Position numbers and translations under genes: made by a program. Shown in pieces: positions 31,602 through 41,945 of a stretch of 64,000 nt of DNA; the first letter of the stretch is position 1, and every line of letters begins with the position of its first letter. Source of the DNA: Pseudomonadales bacterium (GTDB lineage Bacteria > Pseudomonadota > Gammaproteobacteria > Pseudomonadales > JAHEIH01); assembly GCA_035458985.1 (NCBI GenBank), contig DATHYR010000041.1, positions 16,910-80,909 on the forward strand. Reading direction: 5' to 3'. The notes under the pieces were generated by a model, which searched no databases, was not told the origin of the DNA, and saw only the letters and a program-made list of their open reading frames with translations.

Positions 31602-32714
31602 TTATTGCTTAGCGATGAGGTCTTTTTCAGCGGCTTCTTTAACCGCTACGCGCTCGCGGATCATGCTTTCTAAACGATCCACTAAGCCTTCATTGACCTG
31701 TTTGGTATTGGGCTTACCATCGACATAAATCAAATTATTGGGGGTTCCACCGGTCAGTCCAATGTCCGCCTCACGCGCTTCACCAGGACCATTCACGATA
31801 CAACCAATCACCGCCACATCGAGGGTGGTATTGACGTCTTCAAGTCGCTGCTCTAGCTCATTCATGGTTTTGACGACATCAAAGTTTTGTCGTGAACAGC
31901 TTGGACAAGCGATAAAGTTAATTCCTTTCGTGCGCAACTTTAAGCTTCGCAAAATGTCAAAACCGACTTTGATTTCTTGCACAGGATCTGCCGCCAAAGA
32001 GACGCGTAAGGTATCACCAATGCCGTCCATTAATAGCATGCCAAGACCGATCGATGATTTTACCGTCCCAGAGCGAAACCCCCCGGCTTCCGTAATCCCC
32101 AGATGGAGAGGTTGTTCGATCTGGCTAGCGATCTGACGGTAAGCCGCCACGGTCATAAAGACATCAGAGGCCTTCAAACTCAATTTAAAATCGGGAAAAT
32201 TCATGCGGTCGAGGATGTCGATATGACGCATCGCTGACTCCACCAGGGCCTCGGGAGTAGGTTCACCGTATTTTTTTTGCAGATCTTTTTCAAGCGACCC
32301 CGCATTCACTCCTATACGAATGGGAATGCCGCGATGACGAGCCGCCTCAACAACCTCACGAACGCGATCTTCTCTGCCAATATTACCGGGATTAATGCGC
32401 AAGCAATCAACGCCATACTCGGCTACCTTGAGAGCAATTTTGTAATCAAAGTGGATATCGGCCACCAGTGGTACGGGCGATTGCTGCTTGATCAATTTAA
32501 ACGCTTCAGCCGCTTCCATTGACGGGACAGAAACACGCACAATATCGGCACCGACATCAGCAAGCGCTTGGATTTGGGCAACGGTAGCCGACACATCGCA
32601 GGTCTCAGTATTGGTCATACTTTGCACGGAGATGGGTGCATCACCACCGACGGGAACATTCCCAACCATAATTTGACGTGATTTTCGACGCTTAATCGGC
32701 GAAGTAAAATTCAT
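31602..32714 (-). CDS. ispG: 4-hydroxy-3-methylbut-2-enyl diphosphate synthase IspG
   Basis: [24 protein letters not shown] / GCIVNGPGE Fe-S ligands. 370 aa. Confidence 0.94.
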   Translation of the reverse strand: MNFTSPIKRRKSRQIMVGNVPVGGDAPISVQSMTNTETCDVSATVAQIQALADVGADIVRVSVPSMEAAEAFKLIKQQSPVPLVADIHFDYKIALKVAEYGVDCLRINPGNIGREDRVREVVEAARHRGIPIRIGVNAGSLEKDLQKKYGEPTPEALVESAMRHIDILDRMNFPDFKLSLKASDVFMTVAAYRQIASQIEQPLHLGITEAGGFRSGTVKSSIGLGMLLMDGIGDTLRVSLAADPVQEIKVGFDILRSLKLRTKGINFIACPSCSRQNFDVVKTMNELEQRLEDVNTTLDVAVIGCIVNGPGEAREADIGLTGGTPNNLIYVDGKPNTKQVNEGLVDRLESMIRERVAVKEAAEKDLIAKQ

Positions 32715-32725
32715 AAAACACTCAT

Positions 32726-33643
32726 TTAAGGTACTGTAAATTCCGCATAACCATTGCGGGCATAACTGTAATTTAATAAACGGCCATTGTAACTGATGGA
32801 TACACCGCGTCCGTCGCCAACAATGATGCTAAAGGGGGCGTTCCCCTCAAGATCAACCTGACCGCCGGCCCTCACAAGATCAGCATACAATCTGTTACCT
32901 GAGGCATCGCGTACTTCGATCCAGCTGTCACCGGTAAGTTCAAAACGCAAACTATCTAGCAATGACTCAGAGGCCATGTCCGTTGTCAGACTTGCCTCAT
33001 CTTTTACCACTTCATCGGCATTTCCCGGGGCTCGAGTGATGTCTTGATCGCTGACCATTTCAGCCGTACCTTCATCACGCGTTGCCTCGCTATCAGGATC
33101 TACCAACTCGGGCACAGGCTGCTCGGCCGGCAACGTCAACATGGCGGGGCCCGTCGATGTCGACGGCGCTGACGATGTCGCGCCCCGATCGTCAAACCAA
33201 CCTAACTGCAACACCATGCCTGCTGCCGCGGCCACAAATACAACTAAGACCAAACCACGCCACACGGCGCTTATCGCACGGCGTGGCCGCGAGGTCGTCA
33301 TGCCGCCAAGTGGTCGTGCTCGCCAGGAACGCGCGGCGCGTTTTACACCCGATTTAGCCGTTTTTGTTTCTGGCGCAGCAAAATGTTCGTTGTACTGTGC
33401 TACTAAAGATTCACCCTCAAGGCCCAAGTGTTCGCCGTAACGACGCAAATAACCGCGGACAAAGGTGGCCCCTTTTAGCACTTGATCAAACCTATTGTCC
33501 TCAATGGCACGAAGGTTTGACGGTAAAATATGTAATGTCTCGCTGACCTCTTCTAAGGTCAGCCCCTTCGCCTTGCGGGCTGCTTTAAGCCTGTCTCCCG
33601 GTGTTTCTTCGGCGGAGGATTTGGTGATGTTTTCATCACTCAT
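32726..33643 (-). CDS. rodZ: cytoskeleton protein RodZ
   Basis: N-terminal XRE-type HTH ([21 protein letters not shown]), a central TM segment and a C-terminal DUF4115-like domain. Conserved position upstream of ispG. Confidence 0.8.
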   Translation of the reverse strand: MSDENITKSSAEETPGDRLKAARKAKGLTLEEVSETLHILPSNLRAIEDNRFDQVLKGATFVRGYLRRYGEHLGLEGESLVAQYNEHFAAPETKTAKSGVKRAARSWRARPLGGMTTSRPRRAISAVWRGLVLVVFVAAAAGMVLQLGWFDDRGATSSAPSTSTGPAMLTLPAEQPVPELVDPDSEATRDEGTAEMVSDQDITRAPGNADEVVKDEASLTTDMASESLLDSLRFELTGDSWIEVRDASGNRLYADLVRAGGQVDLEGNAPFSIIVGDGRGVSISYNGRLLNYSYARNGYAEFTVP

Positions 33644-33675
33644 GTTATTGTCCTTTTTGTTATTTTTAGAAAGGT

Positions 33676-34446
33676 TTAATGACTATTTTGATACTCTCTA
33701 TACTCAGGCGATTGGCCAAACAAACTGGATAACCTCATGGCCATTGAGGCCGCGTCGTTATCGCGACCTTGTGCCTCGGCAATTTTAATACCCAACAACA
33801 AACTGGCTGCGCTTTCACTGCTACTCATCGTTAGACGCTGCCAATAATTGTACGCCATACTAATACTCCCCGCTTGATAGTGCATCAAGCTGGTGTAATA
33901 GAGCGCCACGGGGTGCAAGCGGTTAAATCGTAGCACCTTGCTAAACAAATCAGCTGCCGCACTCTCTTCATGCATTTCAAGTTTACATACGGCGAGGGAG
34001 ACCATGGCGTCGGTACGATTTTCGTAGAGAACATCGTCAACCACGCGCTGAAATTGCTGTGCCGCATCGCTGTATCGCTGTTGCGACATTAAAAACGAGG
34101 CATAGTTATTGCGGTATCGCGAATTATTTGGCTCGCGACTCAAGGATTTTTGAAAATAGTCATCGGCCAGGGCCATTTCATCCGTGGCCATAAACATGAG
34201 AGCCAAAGCATCATGCACCTCTGCAGACTCAGGCGCTAATTTCAACGCATCGCGCAAATGGAAACGGGCACGTTCAAAATTACCATTTTGGATGTAGCTT
34301 TTACCAAGCTGGACTTTCTTGTGAAGAACGTCGGGATTCGTTACTGACTCAGTCTTAACATTGCTTGCACCACTGCAGGCCACGATACTCGCAGCCACGG
34401 CGATCAATAATGCTCTACGACATGCAATAACGACAGAATTAGTCAT
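33676..34446 (-). CDS. pilW: type IV pilus biogenesis/stability lipoprotein PilW (TPR)
   Basis: Start reassigned to MTNSVVIAC...IVAC|SG (lipobox), 4 nt after the rlmN stop; the track ORF start at 34593 lies inside rlmN. TPR repeats throughout. Confidence 0.75.
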   Translation of the reverse strand: MTNSVVIACRRALLIAVAASIVACSGASNVKTESVTNPDVLHKKVQLGKSYIQNGNFERARFHLRDALKLAPESAEVHDALALMFMATDEMALADDYFQKSLSREPNNSRYRNNYASFLMSQQRYSDAAQQFQRVVDDVLYENRTDAMVSLAVCKLEMHEESAAADLFSKVLRFNRLHPVALYYTSLMHYQAGSISMAYNYWQRLTMSSSESAASLLLGIKIAEAQGRDNDAASMAMRLSSLFGQSPEYREYQNSH

Positions 34447-35578
34447 TGATAATGCGTACCGCCTGTTCATCATTATTGAGCCCCATTTGTTGCTTGTAGC
34501 GTTCACTCCGACGGGTTTTGTCTTGGAAGTTACCCACCAACTGACCACAGGCGCCATCAATATCATCACCGCGCGTTTTACGCACGGTGACAACGAAACC
34601 GGCCTTCGTCAACAGCTCCCAAAAGCGTTGCACGGCGTTTTTACTCGGCCGCGTGTAGTCTGACCCAGGAAATGGGTTAAAGGGTATCAGATTGATCTTA
34701 CAAGGGAAATCGGCCAATAGCACCGCTAACTGACGAGCGTGCTCGGGCTGGTCGTTTATGCCGGCGATGAGCGTATATTCGACCGTTACCACCCGGCGAG
34801 TATCGCTCTGTCCGCCAATGTACTCGTAGGCCGAACGCAGCAACTCAGCGATAGGGTATTTTTTATTGATGGGGACTAATTGATTGCGTAACTCATCCGT
34901 CGGCGCATGCAGCGAAATAGCCAGTGAGGCTTCTGACACGGCGGCCAACTTATCTAAAGCGGGGACCACACCTGACGTTGACAAGGTCACGCGGCGTTTT
35001 GAAATACCATAGGCGTTATCGTCCATCATCAACGTCATGGCATCGACCACGTTGTCGAAATTGAGCAACGGCTCACCCATGCCCATCATCACCACATTTG
35101 TGACGGCCCGCCCTTTGGTGGTACCGAAACTATTAAACGAATTATTTGCCAACCAGACTTGGCCAATGATTTCAGCCGCGGTCAAATCGCGCTGAAAACC
35201 CTGCTTACCGGTTGAACAGAAACTGCAATCCAAGCTGCATCCCACTTGAGAAGACACACACAATGTGCCGCGATCACCTTCAGGGATATACACGGTTTCA
35301 ACCATACTGTTCTCACCCACACGCACAATCCACTTGCGGGTACCGTCTTTCGAGTCAGCTTGAGATAAAATTTCAGGAGGGCGAATTTCAGCGACAACAG
35401 CGAGTTTTTCGCGCAGGACTTTTGACATGTCCGTCATGGCGTCAAAGGTAATCACACCGCGTTGATGGATCCACTTTAACACCTGACGAGCACGGAAAGG
35501 TTTTTCGCCGAGCTCCGCGAAGAAGGCTTCCATTTTAGCTGGGCTTAATCCCAGCAAGTTGACCTTAGGAGTACTCAC
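34439..35578 (-). CDS. rlmN: 23S rRNA/tRNA (adenine-C2)-methyltransferase RlmN (radical SAM)
   Basis: [18 protein letters not shown] radical-SAM cluster motif, GMGEPL, and the C-terminal DIDGACGQL. Confidence 0.94.
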   Translation of the reverse strand: MSTPKVNLLGLSPAKMEAFFAELGEKPFRARQVLKWIHQRGVITFDAMTDMSKVLREKLAVVAEIRPPEILSQADSKDGTRKWIVRVGENSMVETVYIPEGDRGTLCVSSQVGCSLDCSFCSTGKQGFQRDLTAAEIIGQVWLANNSFNSFGTTKGRAVTNVVMMGMGEPLLNFDNVVDAMTLMMDDNAYGISKRRVTLSTSGVVPALDKLAAVSEASLAISLHAPTDELRNQLVPINKKYPIAELLRSAYEYIGGQSDTRRVVTVEYTLIAGINDQPEHARQLAVLLADFPCKINLIPFNPFPGSDYTRPSKNAVQRFWELLTKAGFVVTVRKTRGDDIDGACGQLVGNFQDKTRRSERYKQQMGLNNDEQAVRIIND

Positions 35579-35597
35579 CGAAAAACCTCACGTGAGA

Positions 35598-36026
35598 TTA
35601 GCCGCGGGGGCAAATCTCGTTATCAGCAAAGAAATAGGCGACTTCACGGGCTGCAGAAGTGGTTGAATCTGAACCGTGTACCGCGTTGGCATCGATTGAT
35701 TCAGCAAAGTCTGCACGAATAGTGCCTGGCGCAGCTTCTTTAGGGTTAGTCGCCCCCATTAATTCACGGTTTTTCAATACCGCGTTTTCACCTTCCAATA
35801 CTTGAACAGTCACAGGACCTGAGGTCATGAACTCCACCAATGCACCGAAGAAAGGACGCTCTTTGTGCTCAGCGTAGAAGCCTTCAGCTTGCTCGCGTGA
35901 CAAATGCAGCATCTTTGAAGCGACGATTTGAAGACCCGCTTTTTCAAAGCGGCTGTAAATTTCACCGATGGCATTTTTGGCAACAGCGTCAGGTTTAATA
36001 ATAGAAAGCGTACGTTCGAGGGCCAT
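35598..36026 (-). CDS. ndk: nucleoside-diphosphate kinase
   Basis: [12 protein letters not shown] and NAVHGSDS (active-site His). 142 aa. Confidence 0.94.
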   Translation of the reverse strand: MALERTLSIIKPDAVAKNAIGEIYSRFEKAGLQIVASKMLHLSREQAEGFYAEHKERPFFGALVEFMTSGPVTVQVLEGENAVLKNRELMGATNPKEAAPGTIRADFAESIDANAVHGSDSTTSAAREVAYFFADNEICPRG

Positions 36027-36227
36027 TAGTTTTCTCCTAGCCTAGAAGTTTAAATCAGCCCCGCTTTTGGCAAGGCATAAAAGCCAAGAATTTTACGCGA
36101 CTCAAGGCGTATTAGCAAAGCCTAACCTAGCAAAAAGACATTTAATTTCAGCCTATGGCCTGCCTCTCAACAGCGCTGATTTTGGCGTGCTACAATCGGC
36201 GCCACAAGATGAAGCGCGGAGATCACT

Positions 36228-37187
36228 TTGAGAATTTTACTGGCCCCCATGGAGGGCGTCGTTGACCATACCATGCGCGATATGCTCACCACCTTTGGTG
36301 GTATCGATCGCTGCGTCACCGAATTCGTCAGAGTGACCAATACACTCCTCCCTAACAAGACCTATCTTCGACTGTGCCCAGAGTTGGCCACTGGCTGCAA
36401 AACACCTGCTGGCACACCCGTTTATGTACAGCTACTCGGCAGTGATCCCGACGCTATGGCGGCCAATGCTTATCGTGCAGCAGATCTCGGTGCCCTCGGT
36501 GTAGATCTTAACTTTGGCTGCCCCGCCAAAACAGTTAATAACAATGATGGTGGCGCAGCACTGCTTAAAACACCAGAGCGTATTTTTAAGGTCGTGCAGG
36601 CTGTCCGTCATGCTGTCCCGCCCAGTATTCCAGTCACCGCCAAAATGCGTCTTGGCTATACCGACAAGTCACTAGCACTGGATAATGCCCTCGCCTGCTG
36701 CAGCGGCGGCGCGGCTGAATTAGTGGTACACGCGCGAACGAAAACCGACGGATACAAACCCCCGGCCTATTGGGAAGACTTAGCGGCAATACGTGAAGCG
36801 ATTGATATACCACTGATTGCCAATGGCGAAGTGTGGACCAGCGAGCAGTTTCATCGCTGTCGTGCTGTGAGTGGCTGTAGCGACGTGATGATAGGCCGCG
36901 GCATGGTAGCCAACCCTGGACTGGCGAATCAAATCGTTCACGGCGCACCTCCCCTTACGTGGGCCGACATCATTCCCTTGCTGATTCGCTTTCAACACTA
37001 TACGGTAAAGACTTACGAGCCCAAATATACCGCCAATCGCATCAAACAATGGTTGAATTATCTTTCAAGCAACTACACTGAATCTGTGAGTTTGTTCGAA
37101 AAAATAAGAAAAATGCGAGATGGCCAAGAGGTATTGGTAGCGCTGCAAAACGAACGAGCGATAGCTTCTAATAAATCGAATACTTAG
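36228..37187 (+). CDS. dusC: tRNA-dihydrouridine(16) synthase DusC
   Basis: RILLAPMEGV.D...R and DLNFGCPAK... Dus family motifs. The N-terminus matches the DusC type. TTG start. Confidence 0.82.
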   Translation: MRILLAPMEGVVDHTMRDMLTTFGGIDRCVTEFVRVTNTLLPNKTYLRLCPELATGCKTPAGTPVYVQLLGSDPDAMAANAYRAADLGALGVDLNFGCPAKTVNNNDGGAALLKTPERIFKVVQAVRHAVPPSIPVTAKMRLGYTDKSLALDNALACCSGGAAELVVHARTKTDGYKPPAYWEDLAAIREAIDIPLIANGEVWTSEQFHRCRAVSGCSDVMIGRGMVANPGLANQIVHGAPPLTWADIIPLLIRFQHYTVKTYEPKYTANRIKQWLNYLSSNYTESVSLFEKIRKMRDGQEVLVALQNERAIASNKSNT

Positions 37188-37267
37188 CGGTATATTTCTT
37201 CGCTATTAGCGAAAGTTTTTACTGGCAATGCCCTAATGAGAGACTTATTATTTAAGGTAATTCTAAT

Positions 37268-38041
37268 ATGACACAGCAACAGGATGGTGCGATGAATATA
37301 CTAGCGAGCGATCTTCCGGCAAAAAACTCACATTGCCACCACGATCACCGAGTCAGCTGTAGCAATTGTCGCCTAGGCAGTCTGTGCTTACCCATCGCTG
37401 TCAGTACGGAAGATATCGAACAAATAGACAACATTGTTTTACGCTCACGCCCCATCGACAAAGGTCATCATCTGTTCAATCAAGGTGACACCTTTAAATC
37501 TATTTTTGCCGTACGCTCGGGCGCCATAAAAACGTACAGTTTATCGCCAAGCGGCAAGGAACAAATCAACGGATTTTATCTGCCGGGAGAAATCTTTGGC
37601 ATGGACGGTATTTCAGACTTTTCACACGCCAGTTCGGCGGTTGCCCTTGAACGCAGTGCGGTTTGCGAAATCCCCTATGATTCATTAGGCAAACTTAGCA
37701 ATGAGTTACCATCACTGCAGCGCCACTTTATGCAGTTGATGAGCCGCGAAATTGCCAACGATCAAAAGTTGATCAGCCTCTTGGGTAAAAATTCAGCCGA
37801 CGAGCGCATCGCGGCATTAATTTTAAGTTTGTCTGCCCGCAATGTTCGCCGTAAATATTCAGCCACGGAATTCCATTTACCCATGTCGCGCACTGACATC
37901 GCTAACTTCCTCGGCTTGACCATTGAGACCGTGAGCAGAATCTTATCCAAATTTTCCAAACAAGGAGTGATTGATTTGCGCAATAAGGAACTAAAAATTC
38001 TAAACATTGAACAAGTCCGACAGATCGCCGGTATCGAATAA
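37268..38041 (+). CDS. fnr: FNR/Anr family oxygen-sensing transcription factor
   Basis: N-terminal Cys cluster C..(x)..CSNCRLGSLC plus an internal Cys, a cNMP-like beta-roll, and the C-terminal HTH MSRTDIANFLGLTIETVSR with the E--SR recognition motif. Confidence 0.9.
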   Translation: MTQQQDGAMNILASDLPAKNSHCHHDHRVSCSNCRLGSLCLPIAVSTEDIEQIDNIVLRSRPIDKGHHLFNQGDTFKSIFAVRSGAIKTYSLSPSGKEQINGFYLPGEIFGMDGISDFSHASSAVALERSAVCEIPYDSLGKLSNELPSLQRHFMQLMSREIANDQKLISLLGKNSADERIAALILSLSARNVRRKYSATEFHLPMSRTDIANFLGLTIETVSRILSKFSKQGVIDLRNKELKILNIEQVRQIAGIE

Positions 38042-38054
38042 TACATAACTTGTT

Positions 38055-38096
38055 TTGATGTGCGTCAATACTCGCTGAAGACCTTCCGAATAGAAT
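38055..38096 (+). promoter_or_regulatory. class II FNR/Anr-dependent promoter (FNR box plus -10)
   Basis: TTGATgtgcGTCAA at 38055-38068 is 9/10 to the TTGAT-N4-ATCAA consensus. TAGAAT at 38091-38096 places the box centre at about -41.5 relative to a start site near 38103. Confidence 0.7.
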
Positions 38097-38138
38097 TACT
38101 TTACCGCTGCCAATTCATCATCTGTCTGAGGAAAGACA

Positions 38139-38738
38139 ATGTTCAAGTACCTTTTCAGTATTTTACTGAGCCCTAAATCGACGTGGGAAAACGTCGCCAA
38201 ACTTCCGAAAGACGCCGCTGATTACGGCATGACCTATAGCTTGCTACTGGCGCTCATTCCGACATTGTCTTTCTATTATGGCACCACGCAAGTCGGCTGG
38301 GTGGTTGGTGATGGTTTAACGACCAAGTTAACACTCGAAAGCGCCAATCGAATGATACCGCTGTTTTATTTCGCACAAGTTGGTGCCATTTTTGGTATAG
38401 GGTGGTTTATCCATTGGATGTCCGCAACCTACGGGGCTAATTCATCGCTCACCAAAGGCATTCGGATTTCTGGCTTGACCGCGACACCACTTTTTTTAGC
38501 CGGTATCGTCGGCGTAACACCACAACTTATTGTGGATTTTACTGTGGGGATTGTTACCGCTTCCTGGTCTACTTATTTACTCTACATAGGTATCCCTAGG
38601 GTCATGAATATTCCTGAAGAACGCGGCTTTTTATTCTCTAGTGCCATCATTGCCATATGCCTCATGGCCATCGTCGTTATTCTTGGCGCCTCGGTTATCC
38701 TCTGGGATATGGGTGCTGCGCCAGCGTTTACAGATTAA
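38139..38738 (+). CDS. Yip1/DUF1282 family membrane protein, first gene of the cco transcription unit
   Basis: 199 aa with five TM helices and a Yip1-like layout (cytoplasmic N-terminus then a helix bundle). 21 nt upstream of ccoN and downstream of the FNR promoter. Confidence 0.6.
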   Translation: MFKYLFSILLSPKSTWENVAKLPKDAADYGMTYSLLLALIPTLSFYYGTTQVGWVVGDGLTTKLTLESANRMIPLFYFAQVGAIFGIGWFIHWMSATYGANSSLTKGIRISGLTATPLFLAGIVGVTPQLIVDFTVGIVTASWSTYLLYIGIPRVMNIPEERGFLFSSAIIAICLMAIVVILGASVILWDMGAAPAFTD

Positions 38739-38759
38739 TTTTAGCTTAGGAAGTCACAC

Positions 38760-40193
38760 ATGAGTCATACGCCGCTGGAACATCCTGAATACAGCATGGA
38801 TGTGGTGAAGAAATTCGCCATCATGACTGTTGTTTGGGGCATCGTAGGCATGCTACTCGGCGTTTACATCGCCGCGGCGCTTGTCTGGCCCGATATCAAC
38901 ATGCAACTACAATGGTTTCACTTTGGCCGCTTGCGTCCGCTGCATACTAACGCGGTTATTTTCGCCTTTGGTGGCTGTGCCCTAATGGCAACATCACTCT
39001 ACGTGGTGCAACGTACCTGTTATGCACGCCTCATTTCTGAAAAACTCGCCAGTTTTGTTTTCTGGGGCTGGCAAACCGTCATTGTACTCGCCGCCATAAC
39101 CTTACCGCTGGGTTACACTTCCTCAAAAGAATACGCGGAGTTGGAGTGGCCTATCGATATTTTGATTACCGTGGTGTGGGTGGCGTATGCCGTACTGTTT
39201 TTTGGTACCGTTGCCAAACGCAGAACCAGTCATATATATGTGGCCAATTGGTTTTTTGGAGCATTTATCGTCACAGTTGCGATTTTGCATGTGGTCAATA
39301 GTGCCGCCCTGCCCGCTAGCATGTGGAAATCCTATTCCATGTATGCCGGTGCCACCGACGCTATGATTCAATGGTGGTACGGCCACAATGCCGTTGGCTT
39401 TTTCCTGACAGCAGGCTTCTTGGGCATGATGTATTATTTTGTTCCCAAACAAGCGGAACGTCCTGTCTATAGCTATCGTTTGTCAATTGTACATTTTTGG
39501 GCATTGGTCGGGGTGTATATCTGGGCGGGACCACACCACCTTCACTACACGTCTCTACCTGACTGGACACAAAGCCTTGGCATGGTCATGTCACTCATCT
39601 TGTTAGCGCCAAGCTGGGGCGGCATGATCAATGGCATGATGACATTATCTGGCGCATGGCATAAGTTGCGCACAGATCCTGTACTGCGCTTCTTGGTGGT
39701 ATCTCTTTCATTCTATGGCATGGCGACCTTCGAAGGCCCAATGATGGCCATCAAAACAGTTAATGCAATGTCGCACTACACCGACTGGACCATTGGTCAC
39801 GTGCATTCTGGTGCACTCGGCTGGGTAGCTATGATCAGCATAGGGTCTACTTACCACCTTATTCCCGTACTTTTTAATAAGGAAGGTATGTACAGCGTGC
39901 GTTTGATCAACATTCACTTCTGGATGTCGACCATTGGCACGGTATTGTACATTGCATCGATGTGGGTCAATGGCATCTTACAAGGGCTAATGTGGCGCGC
40001 CTACAACGCTGACGGCACCCTCACGTATAGCTTTGTGGAGTCGTTAGAAGCCAGTTATCCAGGTTACGTCGTTCGTTTCATTGGCGGGGCTATTTTCACG
40101 TTAGGCATGATCTTAATGGCGTACAACGTGTGGATGACTATCCGAAGCGAAGAAACCGTCGATGAGACTGTTGCGTTGAAAGGAGCAATGTAA
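38760..40193 (+). CDS. ccoN: cytochrome-c oxidase cbb3-type subunit I
   Basis: 477 aa, 12 TM. Heme-copper His ligands in contexts [41 protein letters not shown]. Confidence 0.95.
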   Translation: MSHTPLEHPEYSMDVVKKFAIMTVVWGIVGMLLGVYIAAALVWPDINMQLQWFHFGRLRPLHTNAVIFAFGGCALMATSLYVVQRTCYARLISEKLASFVFWGWQTVIVLAAITLPLGYTSSKEYAELEWPIDILITVVWVAYAVLFFGTVAKRRTSHIYVANWFFGAFIVTVAILHVVNSAALPASMWKSYSMYAGATDAMIQWWYGHNAVGFFLTAGFLGMMYYFVPKQAERPVYSYRLSIVHFWALVGVYIWAGPHHLHYTSLPDWTQSLGMVMSLILLAPSWGGMINGMMTLSGAWHKLRTDPVLRFLVVSLSFYGMATFEGPMMAIKTVNAMSHYTDWTIGHVHSGALGWVAMISIGSTYHLIPVLFNKEGMYSVRLINIHFWMSTIGTVLYIASMWVNGILQGLMWRAYNADGTLTYSFVESLEASYPGYVVRFIGGAIFTLGMILMAYNVWMTIRSEETVDETVALKGAM

Positions 40194-40813
40194 TGAATCA
40201 TGAAATTGTAGAAAAAAATCTACCATTAATGGTATTGCTGACGGTCTTCGCAATAAGCTTTGGTTTTCTAGTCGAAATCGTCCCCTTATTTTTTAGCAAA
40301 GAGACCAACGAACCCGTTCAAGGATTGAAGCCACTCACGGCACTGCAACTGGAAGGACGAGACATCTACATTCGTGAGGGTTGTGCGGTTTGTCACTCCC
40401 AAATGATTCGACCTTTTAGAGCAGAGACAGAGCGTTACGGTCACTATTCTGTGGCCGGTGAGTTCGTCTATGACCGACCCTTCTTGTGGGGATCAAAACG
40501 TACAGGGCCAGACCTCGCGCGCGTAGGTGGACGTTATTCCGACGAATGGCATAAAGCGCATTTATACAACCCTAGAGATGTCATACCAGAGTCAAACATG
40601 CCCGCGTTCCCTTGGTTATTTGAACAAACGGTTGACCCCTCGCTAACACCGAAAAAGCTTGCCACATTACAAGCCCTTGGCGTGCCCTATAGCGACGAAG
40701 ATATTCAAGGGGCAAGTGACGCGGTCATGATTAACGGCAATCCTGCCACTGAGGTAGATGCATTAGTGGCCTACCTACAAAATCTAGGTTTGCTAATCAA
40801 AGCAAAACGGTAA
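40193..40813 (+). CDS. ccoO: cytochrome-c oxidase cbb3-type subunit II
   Basis: TAATG coupling to ccoN. N-terminal TM, heme motif [23 protein letters not shown]. Confidence 0.94.
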   Translation: MNHEIVEKNLPLMVLLTVFAISFGFLVEIVPLFFSKETNEPVQGLKPLTALQLEGRDIYIREGCAVCHSQMIRPFRAETERYGHYSVAGEFVYDRPFLWGSKRTGPDLARVGGRYSDEWHKAHLYNPRDVIPESNMPAFPWLFEQTVDPSLTPKKLATLQALGVPYSDEDIQGASDAVMINGNPATEVDALVAYLQNLGLLIKAKR

Positions 40814-40817
40814 CCAT

Positions 40818-41012
40818 ATGGACATGAATTTTTTTCGCTCAATCGCGACGGTCCTGGCGTTTATCGCCTTTATTGCCATTTTTTGGTGGACCTACAGTAG
40901 TAAGCGCAAGCAATCATTTGAGGAGGCGGCCAATATTCCTTTTCGAGAGGTCATGAAAGGCGACCCAGAAGCGAGAGCGGCAAGCCAACAACGAGGTGAT
41001 AAACATGACTAG
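40818..41012 (+). CDS. ccoQ: cbb3-type cytochrome oxidase subunit CcoQ
   Basis: 64-aa single-TM protein between ccoO and ccoP. Confidence 0.8.
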   Translation: MDMNFFRSIATVLAFIAFIAIFWWTYSSKRKQSFEEAANIPFREVMKGDPEARAASQQRGDKHD

Positions 41013-41889
41013 TTTTTGGAGTGGTTGGATTATTGTACTGACCACCATCAGTATTATACTTTTACTTTGGGTGTTATTTGCCAATCGTAAAACATCAGTT
41101 CAAGACGAGAATAACAGAACCACTGGGCACGTGTATGACGGTATTGAAGAGTATGACAACCCGCTCCCGGCTTGGTGGTTCAAACTCTTTCTCGGGACCG
41201 TTATATTTAGCGTGGGGTATTTAATAGCCTACCCTGGTATGGGCAACTTCCAAGGGTTACTTAACTGGAGCTCTGAAGGCCAATGGCAACAAGAAATGGC
41301 CGTTGCTGATTCGAGACTTCAGCCCATCTTAGATCAATATGCCACCACCGATATGGATGCTCTAGCAGCCATTCCAGCGGCCATGAAAATGGGGGCGCGT
41401 ATTTATGCCAATAATTGTGCTCAGTGCCATGGTTCTGATGCTCGTGGGAGCTATGGCTTTCCGAACCTTACTGATAACGATTGGCTATACGGCAATAAAC
41501 CACAAGAATTAATGACGACGATTGTTCACGGTAGGCAAGCGGTCATGCCTGCTTGGCAAGCTATCTTAGGTGAAGAAGGCATTAGGAATATGGCGGCCTT
41601 CGTGGTAAACATGTCTGGCCGCCCAGCTGATGCAGAAAGAGTGGCTAAGGCTGAGCCGCAATATATGGCAATGTGTATGGCATGTCACGGCGCTGATGGC
41701 AAAGGCAATCAGATGCTTGGCGCACCCAACTTAACCGATGATATCTGGCTTTATGGTGGCTCACCCGCCATGATTGAACATACATTGCGCGTGGGTCGAA
41801 ATGGGCGAATGCCAGCCTTCAAGGACGTGTTACAGGAAGAAAAAATCCATATTGTAGCCGCTTATGTAAAAAGTCTCAGTCAACCCTAA
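41005..41889 (+). CDS. ccoP: cytochrome-c oxidase cbb3-type subunit III (diheme)
   Basis: ATG at 41005 preceded by GAGGTG. DGIEEYDNPLP, with two heme motifs CAQCHG and CMACHG. Confidence 0.92.
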   Translation: MTSFWSGWIIVLTTISIILLLWVLFANRKTSVQDENNRTTGHVYDGIEEYDNPLPAWWFKLFLGTVIFSVGYLIAYPGMGNFQGLLNWSSEGQWQQEMAVADSRLQPILDQYATTDMDALAAIPAAMKMGARIYANNCAQCHGSDARGSYGFPNLTDNDWLYGNKPQELMTTIVHGRQAVMPAWQAILGEEGIRNMAAFVVNMSGRPADAERVAKAEPQYMAMCMACHGADGKGNQMLGAPNLTDDIWLYGGSPAMIEHTLRVGRNGRMPAFKDVLQEEKIHIVAAYVKSLSQP

Positions 41890-41895
41890 TCACTA

Positions 41896-41921
41896 ATGCG
41901 CGGGCATTCTGCCCCGCGCAT
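41896..41921 (+). other. GC-rich hairpin between ccoP and ccoG
   Basis: ATGCGCGGG-N8-CCCGCGCAT is a perfect 9-bp stem 7 nt after the ccoP stop. There is no clean T-run afterwards. Confidence 0.4.
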
Positions 41922-41945
41922 ATTATCTCTTTTAAGGATTGACAG

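Noticed and set aside
34447-34593. Upstream extension of the pilW ORF
   Set aside because: It lies inside the rlmN coding region. The lipoprotein signal peptide begins at the ATG at 34446.
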